Shown: piece by piece, positions 1 to 9,550 of the stretch
How the letters are laid out: every line of letters begins with the position of its first letter
Position numbering within the stretch: the stretch's first letter is position 1
IMG/VR virus record: IMGVR_UViG_3300030685_000004
Span: 1-52,479 of that record
DNA from: a virus
Taxonomy: Duplodnaviria > Caudoviricetes
Reading direction: 5' to 3' (one strand)
Length of the DNA stretch: 52,479 bases
Position numbers and translations under genes: made by a program
The notes under the pieces: generated by a model
Seen by the model: the letters and a program-made list of their open reading frames with translations, nothing else
The model's database searches: none
What the model was told of the DNA's origin: nothing

Positions 1-127
1 CCTGAAAGAAACTACGAAATAACACCAATTCCTGGAAGAAATGGAGAATTAACATTAGACCGAGGTGGTTATAAAAATGTTAACCGTTCATACCAGATAG
101 CGATCGGTGCTGTTGGAGGGGACTTTA
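1..127. repeat. Terminal direct repeat (identical to 52353-52479); assembly overlap of a circular contig
   Basis: First 127 nt match the last 127 nt exactly. The repeat lies inside a continuous ORF and 127 is a common assembler k-mer length. Confidence 0.95.
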
Positions 128-636
128 CGACTCTAGCAAATAAGATTTCAAAGTGGCTTCATTCTGGTTCAGGATATGCCCGACTTGAGGATTCATATGA
201 ACCTGATCATTACAAGTTAGCAACCTACTCAGAAGATGGATCTATATCGAACATACTTCAACAGGCAGGTAGACTCACAATAAACTTCAACCGTAAACCT
301 CAAAGATTTTTAAAGACGGGGGATACAAAGAGTATAATAACAATACCAACTACTTTAGTTAACCCAACTGACCAATCAGCATTACCGATAATAACAGTAA
401 AGGGTTCAGGTGCTGGAGTACTACATGTTGGAAGTTATGTTGTAACAATATCTGACATTATAAATTATATTGATCTAAACAGTGATATAGAAGAAGCATA
501 TAATGGTATCATTAACTTAAATGGATATATTACATTAAGCAATGGATTCCCTAAACTAATTCCTGGGGATAATCTAATCTCCTTTTCAGGGGGAATAACA
601 TCAGTCGAAGTACTGCCTAAATGGTGGACGATATGA
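1..636 (+). CDS. Distal tail (Dit-like) protein, 3' part; gene starts at 52275 and wraps the origin (~237 aa)
   Basis: Frame 1 is open from nt 1 (PERNYEITPIPGRNGEL...) to TGA at 634-636 (...VEVLPKWWTI). It sits between the tape measure and Tal genes. Confidence 0.85.
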   Translation, partial: PERNYEITPIPGRNGELTLDRGGYKNVNRSYQIAIGAVGGDFTTLANKISKWLHSGSGYARLEDSYEPDHYKLATYSEDGSISNILQQAGRLTINFNRKPQRFLKTGDTKSIITIPTTLVNPTDQSALPIITVKGSGAGVLHVGSYVVTISDIINYIDLNSDIEEAYNGIINLNGYITLSNGFPKLIPGDNLISFSGGITSVEVLPKWWTI

Positions 637-2288
637 TTACGTTATTTCCATCAAGTGCAACCACATTTACTACTAATGGTTTGGGAAGTCTTAATGAGTC
701 CATATCTTGTATTGTAACTGAAGAAAAAAATGGAGAGTTTGAATTAGAACTAGAATATCCTATAATAGGAAGGCGATATTCTGACTTAGAGTTACGAAGG
801 ATCATACTAGCAAAACCTAATCTGTACGACGATCCACAACCATTCCGAATATACAATATATCTAAGCCAATGGATGGCATCATAACAGTTAGTGCTCACC
901 ATATAAGCTATGACTTAACCGGATATCCAGTATCACCATTTACTGGTAGTTCCATATCGATTTCCTTAGCAAACATGAAAATAGCATCGACATTAACCTG
1001 TCCTTTTACGTTCGTAACAAATTCAGAAGTAGTTGCAGATCTACAAGTCATTAAGCCTGTTAGTATAAGGTCCTTATTAGGTAACGAAATCATTGGTACC
1101 TATGGAGGAGACTATGAGTTTGATAAGTACGCAGTTAAACATCATGCTGATAGAGGCTTTAACCGAGGAGTCTCTATTCGCTATGGTAAGAACCTATTAG
1201 ACCTAAAACAGGAAGAGAATTGTGCTGCTGTTTATACAGGAGTATATCCTTTCTGGTATTCTGAAGCAGATGGTCTTATTCAACTTACAAATAAAATAGT
1301 AAATGCAATAGGTACTTATGACTTTGATAGGATATTTCCTTTAGACCTATCATCATCCTTTTCGGAAGTACCAACAGAAACTGAATTAAGAGCAGCGGCC
1401 AATGAATTTATGGTAACTAATAATATAGGGATTCCAAAGGTATCAATTGATGTATCATTCATGCAACTAACACAATCTGAAGAGTATAAAGATTTTGCTA
1501 TTCTAGAGACAGTTAAGTTATGCGACTATGTCAATGTAGAATTTCCTATAATGGGTGTTAGTGCAGTTGCTAAATGTATAAAAACTATCTATGATGTACT
1601 TACTAAAAGATATGAGAACATAGAACTTGGCGAGGCTAAATCTAATATTGCTCGTACTATTGCTGATGGATTTCAATCCGCTTCACAAAAGATTGCTGAG
1701 ATCAATACTTACTTTAGTAAAGAAGTAGATACAATCAAAATAGGACTAGCTGATATTGACTTTGCCATGGTTAACAAAGTTGATACTGAGGAATTAGAAG
1801 CAGGTTATGCTCATCTTGTAAACGGATATATAGATTTGGCTCAAATCGGAGACGCAACAATAGGACATGCTAAGATTGCCAATGCTGCGATAGAGACAGC
1901 CAACATTAAGGTTGGAGCAATAACAACCGCCTTATTAGGTACGGCTGCAGTAGATACAGCACAAATAAAAGATGGTAGTATTACTGATGCTAAAATCGTA
2001 GACTTAACTGCTAATAAGATCACTGCTGGAACTATCGATGCTTCTGAAATTGATGTTATTAACTTGCATGCAGTAAATATAACCGTTGGTACAATCAATG
2101 GCGTACAGATTACAAATGGTGCCATATCATCAACTAAATTAGGGACAGGTGCCGTTACAACAGCAAAAATTGCAGTAGGTGCAATAACTGTAGATAAGAT
2201 AGCAGCAGGAACTATTACTGGTGATAAACTAGCATTGGGAACAATAGCAGCACAAAATCTAAATGTCACAAGTCATATGCTGTATTAA
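633..2288 (+). CDS. Tail tip/Tal-like protein (prophage tail endopeptidase family) with C-terminal 10-residue I-T-x-x-K-I repeats
   Basis: 'CIVTEEKNGEFELELEYP', 'QPFRIY', 'IRYGKNL' motifs; ATGA overlap with the Dit stop; located after Dit. Confidence 0.85.
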   Translation: MITLFPSSATTFTTNGLGSLNESISCIVTEEKNGEFELELEYPIIGRRYSDLELRRIILAKPNLYDDPQPFRIYNISKPMDGIITVSAHHISYDLTGYPVSPFTGSSISISLANMKIASTLTCPFTFVTNSEVVADLQVIKPVSIRSLLGNEIIGTYGGDYEFDKYAVKHHADRGFNRGVSIRYGKNLLDLKQEENCAAVYTGVYPFWYSEADGLIQLTNKIVNAIGTYDFDRIFPLDLSSSFSEVPTETELRAAANEFMVTNNIGIPKVSIDVSFMQLTQSEEYKDFAILETVKLCDYVNVEFPIMGVSAVAKCIKTIYDVLTKRYENIELGEAKSNIARTIADGFQSASQKIAEINTYFSKEVDTIKIGLADIDFAMVNKVDTEELEAGYAHLVNGYIDLAQIGDATIGHAKIANAAIETANIKVGAITTALLGTAAVDTAQIKDGSITDAKIVDLTANKITAGTIDASEIDVINLHAVNITVGTINGVQITNGAISSTKLGTGAVTTAKIAVGAITVDKIAAGTITGDKLALGTIAAQNLNVTSHMLY

Positions 2289-2300
2289 GGGGGATTATTA

Positions 2301-3575
2301 ATGAGTAAAAAACGCACAAGTAAGAACATGAGAAAAAATATTAAGACATCAATTGAGGGTGCCTTGGAAGGAAAACTCCAAAGCATTCTACACGACATTG
2401 AATATAGACTCGATTGTCTGTATCAGAAATCAGAGCAGAATTTAACAGGTATGGCTATGAAATTAGGAAGTAGAGACTTGAACTTAGCAAAACATCAGTT
2501 AGATGGATATACTATTACAGATAATACACCTACTGGATCAATTGCCTGGACATCATGTAATGTTGTTTATAAGGGGACTAACTATCCTATTACGAATGGT
2601 GCTACTGCATTGAAATTTGTATACTGGACATTAGCTCAAGTAGACAAAACTATATTCTTAACTAGTAATACTAAACCAACACTTGGTGAGGATGATGTTC
2701 TTGTATTTATAAATGATGGTGGAATACACAGTACTGTAATGGATACATTCAAATCTGGTTATGCAATGCTTGATGGTTCTATAACTGGAAGTGAAATAAA
2801 AGCCGCATCAATAGCAGGAGCAAATATAGTAGCAGGTGGAGTAGGAACTACTCAAATAGCTAGTGGAGCAATAACATCAACTTTAATTGGTGCAGATGCA
2901 GTAACAACAGCTGCAATAGCTACAGGAGCAGTTACAAGTACTGAACTAGGAGCGGGAGCAGTAGTTGCAGCGGCAATAGGAACTGGTGCAGTAGGGACTA
3001 CAGCTTTAGCAGCAAATGCAGTTGACGGAACAAAGATAGCCACGGGTGCTGTTGCAACAGCCAATCTAGCAGCAAATGCCGTAGATGCTACTAAACTAGC
3101 AAATGGTGCTGTAGGAGCCACTCAGATAGCTACTGGTGCTGTCGGAGCCACTCAATTGGGAACAGGTGCAGTAACCACTATTAAAATAACAGCAGGAGCA
3201 GTTGACTCAGCAGCACTAGGAGCAAATGCGGTAACCACTGCTAAACTAGCCCTGACCTCTGTAGATTCAACCATCTTAGCAGCAAATGCGGTAACCTCTG
3301 CTAAGATAGCCACGGGTGCTGTTGCAACAGCCAATCTAGCAGCAAATGCCGTAGATGCTACTAAACTCGCAAATGGGGCAGTTGGTACAACTCAATTAGC
3401 AGCTAATGCTGTAGATAGTACAAAACTAGCAAATGGTGCAGTTGGTAGTACACAGATAGCTACGGGTGGTGTGGCAACTGGTAACCTAGCAGATGCAGCA
3501 ATCACAGGCGTCAAAATAGGAGCAGGAGCAGTTGCGGCAGATAAGTTAAATACCGCCATGCACATGTTATTTTAA
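2301..3575 (+). CDS. Minor tail/fibre protein with ~25 Ala/Gly/Thr-rich decapeptide repeats
   Basis: GAV(T/G/D)xx(K/Q)(I/L)Ax repeats; N-terminal domain similar to the next gene; RBS GGGGGG. Confidence 0.75.
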   Translation: MSKKRTSKNMRKNIKTSIEGALEGKLQSILHDIEYRLDCLYQKSEQNLTGMAMKLGSRDLNLAKHQLDGYTITDNTPTGSIAWTSCNVVYKGTNYPITNGATALKFVYWTLAQVDKTIFLTSNTKPTLGEDDVLVFINDGGIHSTVMDTFKSGYAMLDGSITGSEIKAASIAGANIVAGGVGTTQIASGAITSTLIGADAVTTAAIATGAVTSTELGAGAVVAAAIGTGAVGTTALAANAVDGTKIATGAVATANLAANAVDATKLANGAVGATQIATGAVGATQLGTGAVTTIKITAGAVDSAALGANAVTTAKLALTSVDSTILAANAVTSAKIATGAVATANLAANAVDATKLANGAVGTTQLAANAVDSTKLANGAVGSTQIATGGVATGNLADAAITGVKIGAGAVAADKLNTAMHMLF

Positions 3576-3599
3576 ACATTTTAGGACTGAGGTGAGGAT

Positions 3600-6065
3600 A
3601 TGGCTTATACAATAGAAAACAATCTACCAAGTGCTGGGTGTATAAGATGGACAAATCTACATATGCAATATTTAGGAACCAATTATACAATTGTGGATGG
3701 ATATACTAATTATATCTATGTATATTGGACACCAGCTACCCCAACAACTCTTGTAGTGTCAAATACATTCCCAACTCTTGGTGTAAATGATTGTCTTATT
3801 TTCTTAAATAAAAGTGGAACAGCCGTTGTAGTACCTTCTGCCACAGTTCTAAATGGTGACCTAATAGTTCCAGGTAGTATTGTAGCTAATGCTATTGCTG
3901 CCAATACTATTACGGGAGATAAACTATTAGCAGGTACTATAACTGCAACTCAAATAGCAGCAGATGCAATAACTGCAAATCAAATAGCTACAGGGGCAGT
4001 AACCGCCGATTCATTAGCCGCGAATGCTATAGGTGCAGGAGCCATAGCAGCAGATGCTATAACATCAGACAAAATAGTAGCGGGCGCCATAACTACAGCC
4101 AAGATAGCAGCAAATGCAATAACCTCTAACGAAATCGAAGCAGGTACTATACAGGCCAGTGATATAAAATCATCAACTATAACAGCTACTCAGATAGCAG
4201 CAGGCACGATAACAGCAGCAAAAATAGCAACTGGAACCATAACAACCACTCAGTTGGCATCCACAGTTGGTGCTGGATTGGATATATCAAGTAATACTAA
4301 TATTACATCAAGGGCTACTAAGACCGAAATGGCTAAGTACGTAGGGTCCAGAGGCGAAAATCTAGTAACAAATGGCACCGGATTGCTTGGAACAAATCAA
4401 AATTTTAGTTCATTTCTATTTAGTGGACTAGACGCCTATGGAGCAAGCGGATCATTTAAGAGTGGGGATTATCAAGCTGGATATAGTATTGATGAATTGA
4501 TCCCAGTAAACCCAGATAAAAATTATAGATTTGGTTTCTATGGAAAGACAAACCCCTATGTTGGGGCGCACTACTATGGAACTGTATCTTGTTTTGATGC
4601 TGATGGTAATGGAATATCTCCCGACCATACTATGCATATAGGGTCTCTTGCCACATTGACACAAGATTTAAAAGCAGGAGATACGGTCATGAAATTATCT
4701 ACAACTGCGGGTTGGAACAATGCAGGAAATGGATATCAACGAGGGTTAATAGCATGGAATTATGTAAATAGTTTCGGTTATCTATATCCACCAGAAACAT
4801 ATAGTAGAAATACTTATGGTGACTATACATTAGGACTTTGGTCTGCAGGAGGTATAGTTGATGGTACTACCATTAATTTAAGGGTCCCTTGGTCTGGAGC
4901 TACAATACCTTCAGGTACATCTGTAAGTAATAAAAGTTCAGGAGGAACCTACAAATATCCAACTAATTGTAGTGGAATTGCAATCCCAAATGTATGGACT
5001 CCATATACAGGAGTTATAGGAACAACAGATTTAAGTGGAACAAGTTATGGTAATAAGTTTCATCCAGGTACGGCTGCTATAAAAATAGGTTGGTTAATAA
5101 ATCGAGATATTGCTGGGTCTACAGTATGGTTATCTAATATAAGTTTCAATATTGACTTAGCTATACAAGCTGATTTAGATGCTGCTGTAACTAGAATATC
5201 TACGGCTGAAACAAAAATAACACCAGCAGCAATAGTATCCACAGTTAGAACATCAACAGAATATGTTAATGACCTGGGCGAGAAACAGACAGTTGCTCAA
5301 GTTAAGTCGACAATAGAACAGACACCGGCAAGTGTATTGATAGGATTCAATGCTATAAATCCAAATGTCCAAAATTCCGCGGCGGGTGAATTCATAGTAT
5401 CAAATGCCAAATTCCGTATGAAAAATGCAGCAGCAAAGGATGTATTTTATGTGGAGACTGGTGGTCTAACTGCTAATGATGCAGGATATGTAGCATATGA
5501 CCCAGATGGTAAAACCAATGGTGGTACTCAGTTCCTTGGACATGAGATATTTAACATACCTGGCCAACCAGGCTCAGGACATGAATATGAACCTTTGTTC
5601 CTTGAATCTGATGGTAATGTCTATGTGAAGACTGCTACTATCGGTGGACATGGTGGACAATATGCTGATTTATATGCTAGGGATTTGAAACTTCAAGGCG
5701 TCTCGGGTTCATATGGAGGAGTATATTGTGCTGGAATATTAGTTGCTGATAAATCAGGAGCCGATATAATAGCACAGGGTTGGTCGGTTAATGGTAATAC
5801 AGTGCTAGGATATAAGAAGTATAGAAGTGGTCTTATAGAACAGTTCGGACGAAAGAGTGTTAGTGCTGCTGGCGGTACTGTTGATTTCCCAATAGTTTTT
5901 CCAACAGAGTGTATTGCTGTAATACCTGGAATAGACCCATCGGGGATGTATGCAACAAGTGCTAGATGTGATGTTAGACGAACAAATAGTTTTGATTGGT
6001 CTTCTTGGCAGGGTGGTACATCTATGTCAACTGGTTATATAACATTCTTCGCAACTGGTAATTAA
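3600..6065 (+). CDS. Tail fibre / receptor-binding protein (repeats, carbohydrate-binding-like middle, gp53-like C-terminus)
   Basis: Decapeptide repeats, 'GENLVTNG' domain start, and C-terminal 'GYKKYRSGLIEQFG...FPIVFPTEC...FATGN' typical of tail-fibre tips. Confidence 0.75.
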   Translation: MAYTIENNLPSAGCIRWTNLHMQYLGTNYTIVDGYTNYIYVYWTPATPTTLVVSNTFPTLGVNDCLIFLNKSGTAVVVPSATVLNGDLIVPGSIVANAIAANTITGDKLLAGTITATQIAADAITANQIATGAVTADSLAANAIGAGAIAADAITSDKIVAGAITTAKIAANAITSNEIEAGTIQASDIKSSTITATQIAAGTITAAKIATGTITTTQLASTVGAGLDISSNTNITSRATKTEMAKYVGSRGENLVTNGTGLLGTNQNFSSFLFSGLDAYGASGSFKSGDYQAGYSIDELIPVNPDKNYRFGFYGKTNPYVGAHYYGTVSCFDADGNGISPDHTMHIGSLATLTQDLKAGDTVMKLSTTAGWNNAGNGYQRGLIAWNYVNSFGYLYPPETYSRNTYGDYTLGLWSAGGIVDGTTINLRVPWSGATIPSGTSVSNKSSGGTYKYPTNCSGIAIPNVWTPYTGVIGTTDLSGTSYGNKFHPGTAAIKIGWLINRDIAGSTVWLSNISFNIDLAIQADLDAAVTRISTAETKITPAAIVSTVRTSTEYVNDLGEKQTVAQVKSTIEQTPASVLIGFNAINPNVQNSAAGEFIVSNAKFRMKNAAAKDVFYVETGGLTANDAGYVAYDPDGKTNGGTQFLGHEIFNIPGQPGSGHEYEPLFLESDGNVYVKTATIGGHGGQYADLYARDLKLQGVSGSYGGVYCAGILVADKSGADIIAQGWSVNGNTVLGYKKYRSGLIEQFGRKSVSAAGGTVDFPIVFPTECIAVIPGIDPSGMYATSARCDVRRTNSFDWSSWQGGTSMSTGYITFFATGN

Positions 6066-6075
6066 GGAGGAAAAT

Positions 6076-6423
6076 ATGAAGGTCTTCATGGATTATGACC
6101 ATACAACAGGAATAAGAACTGGATTTTACACAATAGATAATGAAGAGGATACAGCACCAGATACCGCCATATTAATTAGCGAAGAAGTATGGGGTTTGAT
6201 ACTATCTAGTAATAATGACTGTAAAGTTAGACTTGGTTTAAAAGGAGATACACTTAAAATGGGATTTTCTGATCTTATAATTGAGACGGAGATCCCACCA
6301 CCTCCTAAATCAGAGGCTGAGTTATTCAAGGAGAGTATTGCTGGTAAAACATTTAATTCATTAACTGATACTGAGATGTCAAAAATGATAAGGCTTATGG
6401 CTGAATCATTCGGATTAATGTGA
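6076..6423 (+). CDS. Putative tail fibre assembly/chaperone protein
   Basis: Follows the fibre gene; 'GFY...P..AI.ISEE.W' pattern; RBS AAGGAGG. Confidence 0.55.
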   Translation: MKVFMDYDHTTGIRTGFYTIDNEEDTAPDTAILISEEVWGLILSSNNDCKVRLGLKGDTLKMGFSDLIIETEIPPPPKSEAELFKESIAGKTFNSLTDTEMSKMIRLMAESFGLM

Positions 6424-6465
6424 CTGGCCCAGAAAAGAAGGACCGGTCCGTAAGGAGGACGGGTA

Positions 6466-6927
6466 ATGACAGATACACAGGTAGCAGAATATGTCAAATG
6501 TAGTAATGATATATGGTCTATGGAGGCTTATATCATGCATAATGAGGCAATGAGAGCGGCTGCTCGGAGGTTTAATGACGAAAGGGATCGTAGATATGCT
6601 GAGGTAAATGTCGAAAAGGAGAAGGCTTTGAAGATAAAAGAAACAGCCGATTTGGCAGCATTAAGCCTGGCCCGAGAAAGTCAGGTATATAAGGATCAGC
6701 AAGCAGATGTCATGCGAGAAAAGAATTTAGCAGCCAGTGGAATATATGCAACTAATGCGGACCTGGCAGGGGTGGTTGAGAAAATGGAGAAAACACTCAA
6801 ACCCATTATTGAGTTTGTCAATACCCAGCAAGGAGCTACAAAAGGTAATGAAATTACTTGGGGCAAAATATTCGCATCTATAGGCGCATTAGGTGTAATT
6901 ATAGGTATCATATTTAATTATTTATAA
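6466..6927 (+). CDS. Coiled-coil protein with C-terminal TM helix (lysis-module, holin/XhlA-like position)
   Basis: Helical body, hydrophobic C-terminus, directly upstream of the endolysin. Confidence 0.5.
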   Translation: MTDTQVAEYVKCSNDIWSMEAYIMHNEAMRAAARRFNDERDRRYAEVNVEKEKALKIKETADLAALSLARESQVYKDQQADVMREKNLAASGIYATNADLAGVVEKMEKTLKPIIEFVNTQQGATKGNEITWGKIFASIGALGVIIGIIFNYL

Positions 6928-6940
6928 AAGGAGGAACAAT

Positions 6941-7798
6941 ATGTTTGAAATTATCGACATTAACGAGCTACTTAGAAGGTTAGCACAATACAATTATAAA
7001 GAAGGTCAGTTTCATCATACATGGTCGCCTAACAAGACAGCTTATGACGGTTCAGATGCAAGTGCACAGAGACTACAGCAGGGAATGAAAACATATCATA
7101 TGAATACTATGCATTGGAGTGATATCGGTCAGCATGTAACACTGTTGACGGACGGAAGATTTATAACGGGAAGACCGTTTGGTCAAACGCCAGCTAGCAT
7201 ACTCGGATATAACACAGGTGCATTCGCTTGTGAGACATTAGGCAATTTTGATGCTGGGTTTGAAGTACTTACAGGACCGCAGAAAGATAGTGCATTAAGA
7301 CTAGCCAAATACTTCGATGATAAGGGTCTATATTTCAGATTCCATCGAGAAAATGCCGCAAAAACATGCCCAGGTTCAGGAATTGATAAGGGCGTATTTA
7401 TGGCACAGGCAAGAGGTCAGGTTATGGCACCTTCGCCAGTATCAGTACATCCAGGAAATGAATTGGTAAGACAGTTACAGGAACTGGAATATGAAGCAGG
7501 TCTTAAAGGTAGTAATGGTAGTGTAATACATGTTGATGGCGTATGGGGCACTCAGACACAGTGGGCAGCACCTACACTCAAACTTGGTATTACAAAGACC
7601 AGACCCGATGCCATATGGATAGTTAAATTCCTTCAGAAGAGATTGTTGGCAATTGGATATCCACTTCCTAAATATGGTGCTGATGGAGACTATGGTGCTG
7701 AAACTGTAGAATGCATTAAATCATACCAGAGGGATCATTTCCTTGTTCCTGATGGAGTCGTTGGTTCAATTACTTGGACTAGATTGTTAGGGGTGTAA
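6941..7798 (+). CDS. Endolysin: N-acetylmuramoyl-L-alanine amidase (Amidase_2-type) with C-terminal PG-binding domains
   Basis: HHTW, DIGQH, FHRE and KTCPG Zn-amidase motifs; 'LQKRL...GY...ADGDYG.ET...YQ...L.PDGVVG..TW' PG_binding_1 motif. Confidence 0.92.
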   Translation: MFEIIDINELLRRLAQYNYKEGQFHHTWSPNKTAYDGSDASAQRLQQGMKTYHMNTMHWSDIGQHVTLLTDGRFITGRPFGQTPASILGYNTGAFACETLGNFDAGFEVLTGPQKDSALRLAKYFDDKGLYFRFHRENAAKTCPGSGIDKGVFMAQARGQVMAPSPVSVHPGNELVRQLQELEYEAGLKGSNGSVIHVDGVWGTQTQWAAPTLKLGITKTRPDAIWIVKFLQKRLLAIGYPLPKYGADGDYGAETVECIKSYQRDHFLVPDGVVGSITWTRLLGV

Positions 7799-7799
7799 T

Positions 7800-8102
7800 A
7801 TGGAAAAAGGAAAATTCTTACAAGTTAATGAAGCAGAAATTGGAGATGACGTTCAAGTACCAGGAGTTCAGTTCTCCAAAGTAATAGTGATGTTAATTAT
7901 AATCATGAATATATGGTTTACAGTAGCAGTTCTTAGTGTATTTGCTAAGACAGGAGTTGAACCTACTTCATTAGTAGTAGCTTTCTTTGGTTTTACTACA
8001 GGTGAATTATGGCTTATGGCTACAATTAAAAAGACAAAAGTAAAGGGAGTTGCTATTAATGCCAATAACAAAAGCGGACTTGATCAGGAAATTAACAAGT
8101 AG
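7800..8102 (+). CDS. Two-TM membrane protein (lysis cassette)
   Basis: Two hydrophobic segments; located between lysin and holin. Confidence 0.65.
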   Translation: MEKGKFLQVNEAEIGDDVQVPGVQFSKVIVMLIIIMNIWFTVAVLSVFAKTGVEPTSLVVAFFGFTTGELWLMATIKKTKVKGVAINANNKSGLDQEINK

Positions 8103-8280
8103 GAAATTATGGTCTATGGTATGTGGAGTTACCACTTTAGTACTTACTGCTCGAGGAATGACCCCTGGTTCGGTAGAACAGATTGCATCGATCATAATGG
8201 CAGGTGGTGCAATTATAGCATATATATTTGCAGAAGCTTGGACGGACGTAGCCTATGCTCCAAAAGACACCATAGTATAA
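8059..8280 (+). CDS. Holin-like two-TM protein
   Basis: 'KLTSRKLW' start, two TM helices, 'AYIFAEAWTD'; lysis module position. Confidence 0.7.
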   Translation: MPITKADLIRKLTSRKLWSMVCGVTTLVLTARGMTPGSVEQIASIIMAGGAIIAYIFAEAWTDVAYAPKDTIV

Positions 8281-8308
8281 TCGCGAGAATAACATAGGTT
8301 ATAATGAA
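8281..8308 (+). promoter_or_regulatory. Phage promoter repeat P1
   Basis: TCGCGA-gaata-ACAT-aggt-TATAAT-GAA. Confidence 0.85.
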
Positions 8309-8336
8309 GGCAAAAACCTTGAAAGGGGAGAAGGAA

Positions 8337-8627
8337 ATGAAAAGATTTCGTAAAGATAAAAGGAATCCAATAACAAAGGAGGTAGATGAGATAATTAGTA
8401 TTATGGCTACTACAGATAGAGGTTCCGATAAATATAAGCAATTAGCTGGTAATTTAGAAACATTAATGAAGGTAAGGTCTAGTTATAAAGACCCATCCAG
8501 AGTTGATGTAAACACATTAGCAATAGTTGTAGGTAATTTATTGGGAATCGCTATTATAGTGGGATATGAGCAAAGTCATATCATCACCACCAAAGCATTA
8601 GGATTTGTTTTAAAGGGACGTGTGTAA
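8337..8627 (+). CDS. Early cassette membrane protein
   Basis: RBS TTGAAAGGGGAGA; C-terminal TM segment; terminator overlaps the stop codon. Confidence 0.75.
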   Translation: MKRFRKDKRNPITKEVDEIISIMATTDRGSDKYKQLAGNLETLMKVRSSYKDPSRVDVNTLAIVVGNLLGIAIIVGYEQSHIITTKALGFVLKGRV

Positions 8628-8647
8628 TACATGTCCTTCTCTTTTTT
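8613..8647 (+). terminator. Intrinsic terminator
   Basis: AAGGGACGTGT-gtaat-ACATGTCCTT followed by a T-tract. Confidence 0.75.
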
Positions 8648-8652
8648 GCCTA

Positions 8653-8680
8653 TCGCACAAATTACACAGCCTATAATGAA
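8653..8680 (+). promoter_or_regulatory. Phage promoter repeat P2
   Basis: TCGCAC-aaatt-ACAC-agcc-TATAAT-GAA. Confidence 0.85.
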
Positions 8681-8797
8681 GAGATGATTATATGCGAACA
8701 GTATAATCTGAGAAAGGTGTTGTCCTTGAAGGTTTAGCTGATGGCTATCGAAATACGGAACAACTTAATGGTTAATGGTTGAGCCGCCTATCTCTTC
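8678..8797 (+). ncRNA. Structured ~120-nt small RNA of unknown family (sRNA-A)
   Basis: Has its own promoter and no RBS/ORF. 5' GAAGAGATG pairs with 3' TATCTCTTC, internal hairpins are present, and a T10 tract follows. Confidence 0.65.
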
Positions 8798-8810
8798 TTT
8801 TTTTTTTGCC

Positions 8811-8838
8811 TCGCACAATTTACACACCCTATAATGAA
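8811..8838 (+). promoter_or_regulatory. Phage promoter repeat P3
   Basis: TCGCAC-aattt-ACAC-accc-TATAAT-GAA. Confidence 0.85.
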
Positions 8839-8867
8839 AGATATTTCAGAAAGGGGATTAGAATATT

Positions 8868-8948
8868 ATGATAACAATGTTAGTAATAGCGTTAATAATA
8901 AAAATTCTTAAAAGAAAATCAGGACAAAAGGTAGTAGAGGCAATTTAA
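8868..8948 (+). CDS. 26-aa hydrophobic/basic microprotein (MITMLVIALIIKILKRKSGQKVVEAI)
   Basis: Own promoter, RBS GAAAGGGG, and a terminator hairpin (GTAGTAGAGG...CTTCTACTAT-T tract) over the stop codon. Confidence 0.65.
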   Translation: MITMLVIALIIKILKRKSGQKVVEAI

Positions 8949-8969
8949 ACTTCTACTATTTTTTTTGCC

Positions 8970-8997
8970 TCGCATAGATTACATATAGTATAATGAA
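8970..8997 (+). promoter_or_regulatory. Phage promoter repeat P4
   Basis: TCGCAT-agatt-ACAT-atag-TATAAT-GAA. Confidence 0.85.
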
Positions 8998-9024
8998 AGA
9001 AATTGTGAAAGGGGATTAAAAATC

Positions 9025-9246
9025 ATGGAGAAAAAAGCAATGGTAGTTTTAGGATTATTTAGTTTAGGAGGTTATGTATTAGGACTCTCTATAGATAGAC
9101 GCATTATGAAAAAGAGACATGCAAAAATCGAAAGGGAATTCTTCGCATTGATTACTAAAGACAAAGAATTAATAGAATTATCAAAACGAATCAATATGAA
9201 AAATAAAATTCTTCACAGTAAAATTAGAGAGTTTGGGTGCTTATAA
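9025..9246 (+). CDS. Early cassette protein, N-terminal TM helix
   Basis: Promoter, GAAAGGGG RBS, terminator. Confidence 0.7.
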   Translation: MEKKAMVVLGLFSLGGYVLGLSIDRRIMKKRHAKIEREFFALITKDKELIELSKRINMKNKILHSKIREFGCL

Positions 9247-9268
9247 AGCATCCTTTCTTTTTTGCCTA

Positions 9269-9296
9269 TCGCGAAAATTACATATATTACAATGAA
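9269..9296 (+). promoter_or_regulatory. Phage promoter repeat P5
   Basis: TCGCGA-aaatt-ACAT-atat-TACAAT-GAA. Confidence 0.8.
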
Positions 9297-9325
9297 AGAA
9301 TAATAAATTTAAGGAGTGATAAATT

Positions 9326-9550
9326 ATGTTTAAAAAAGAAATGGTTGTTGAGACGACATTAGAACATGGTAATAATCTAGAGGTTCAGGCTTTAGCAAGT
9401 ATATATACAGTAAGTACTGTTCATATAAATGCTAGGAATGACGATCAGGTTATTGTCAGATTCATAATAAAGAAATCAAAAATCAAAGATTTTAAAGCTA
9501 ATTTAAGATTGTTAAATGGATTAGGAATTAAAGGAAGAATAGTAGAGTAA
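9326..9550 (+). CDS. Early cassette hypothetical protein
   Basis: Promoter, RBS AAGGAG, terminator over the stop codon. Confidence 0.7.
   Translation: MFKKEMVVETTLEHGNNLEVQALASIYTVSTVHINARNDDQVIVRFIIKKSKIKDFKANLRLLNGLGIKGRIVE

Noticed and set aside
1-127. Terminal repeat as a biological DTR
   Set aside because: It is exactly 127 nt and falls inside the Dit gene, which is typical of assembler circular overlap.
3600-6065. Diversity-generating retroelement acting on the tail fibre
   Set aside because: No reverse transcriptase gene and no template/variable repeat pair seen.
8730-8760. Hammerhead ribozyme core (CTGATG...GAAA) in sRNA-A
   Set aside because: CUGAUGA is not complete (CTGATGG), no stem II separates it from GAAA, and the segment folds better as TAGC/GCTA.
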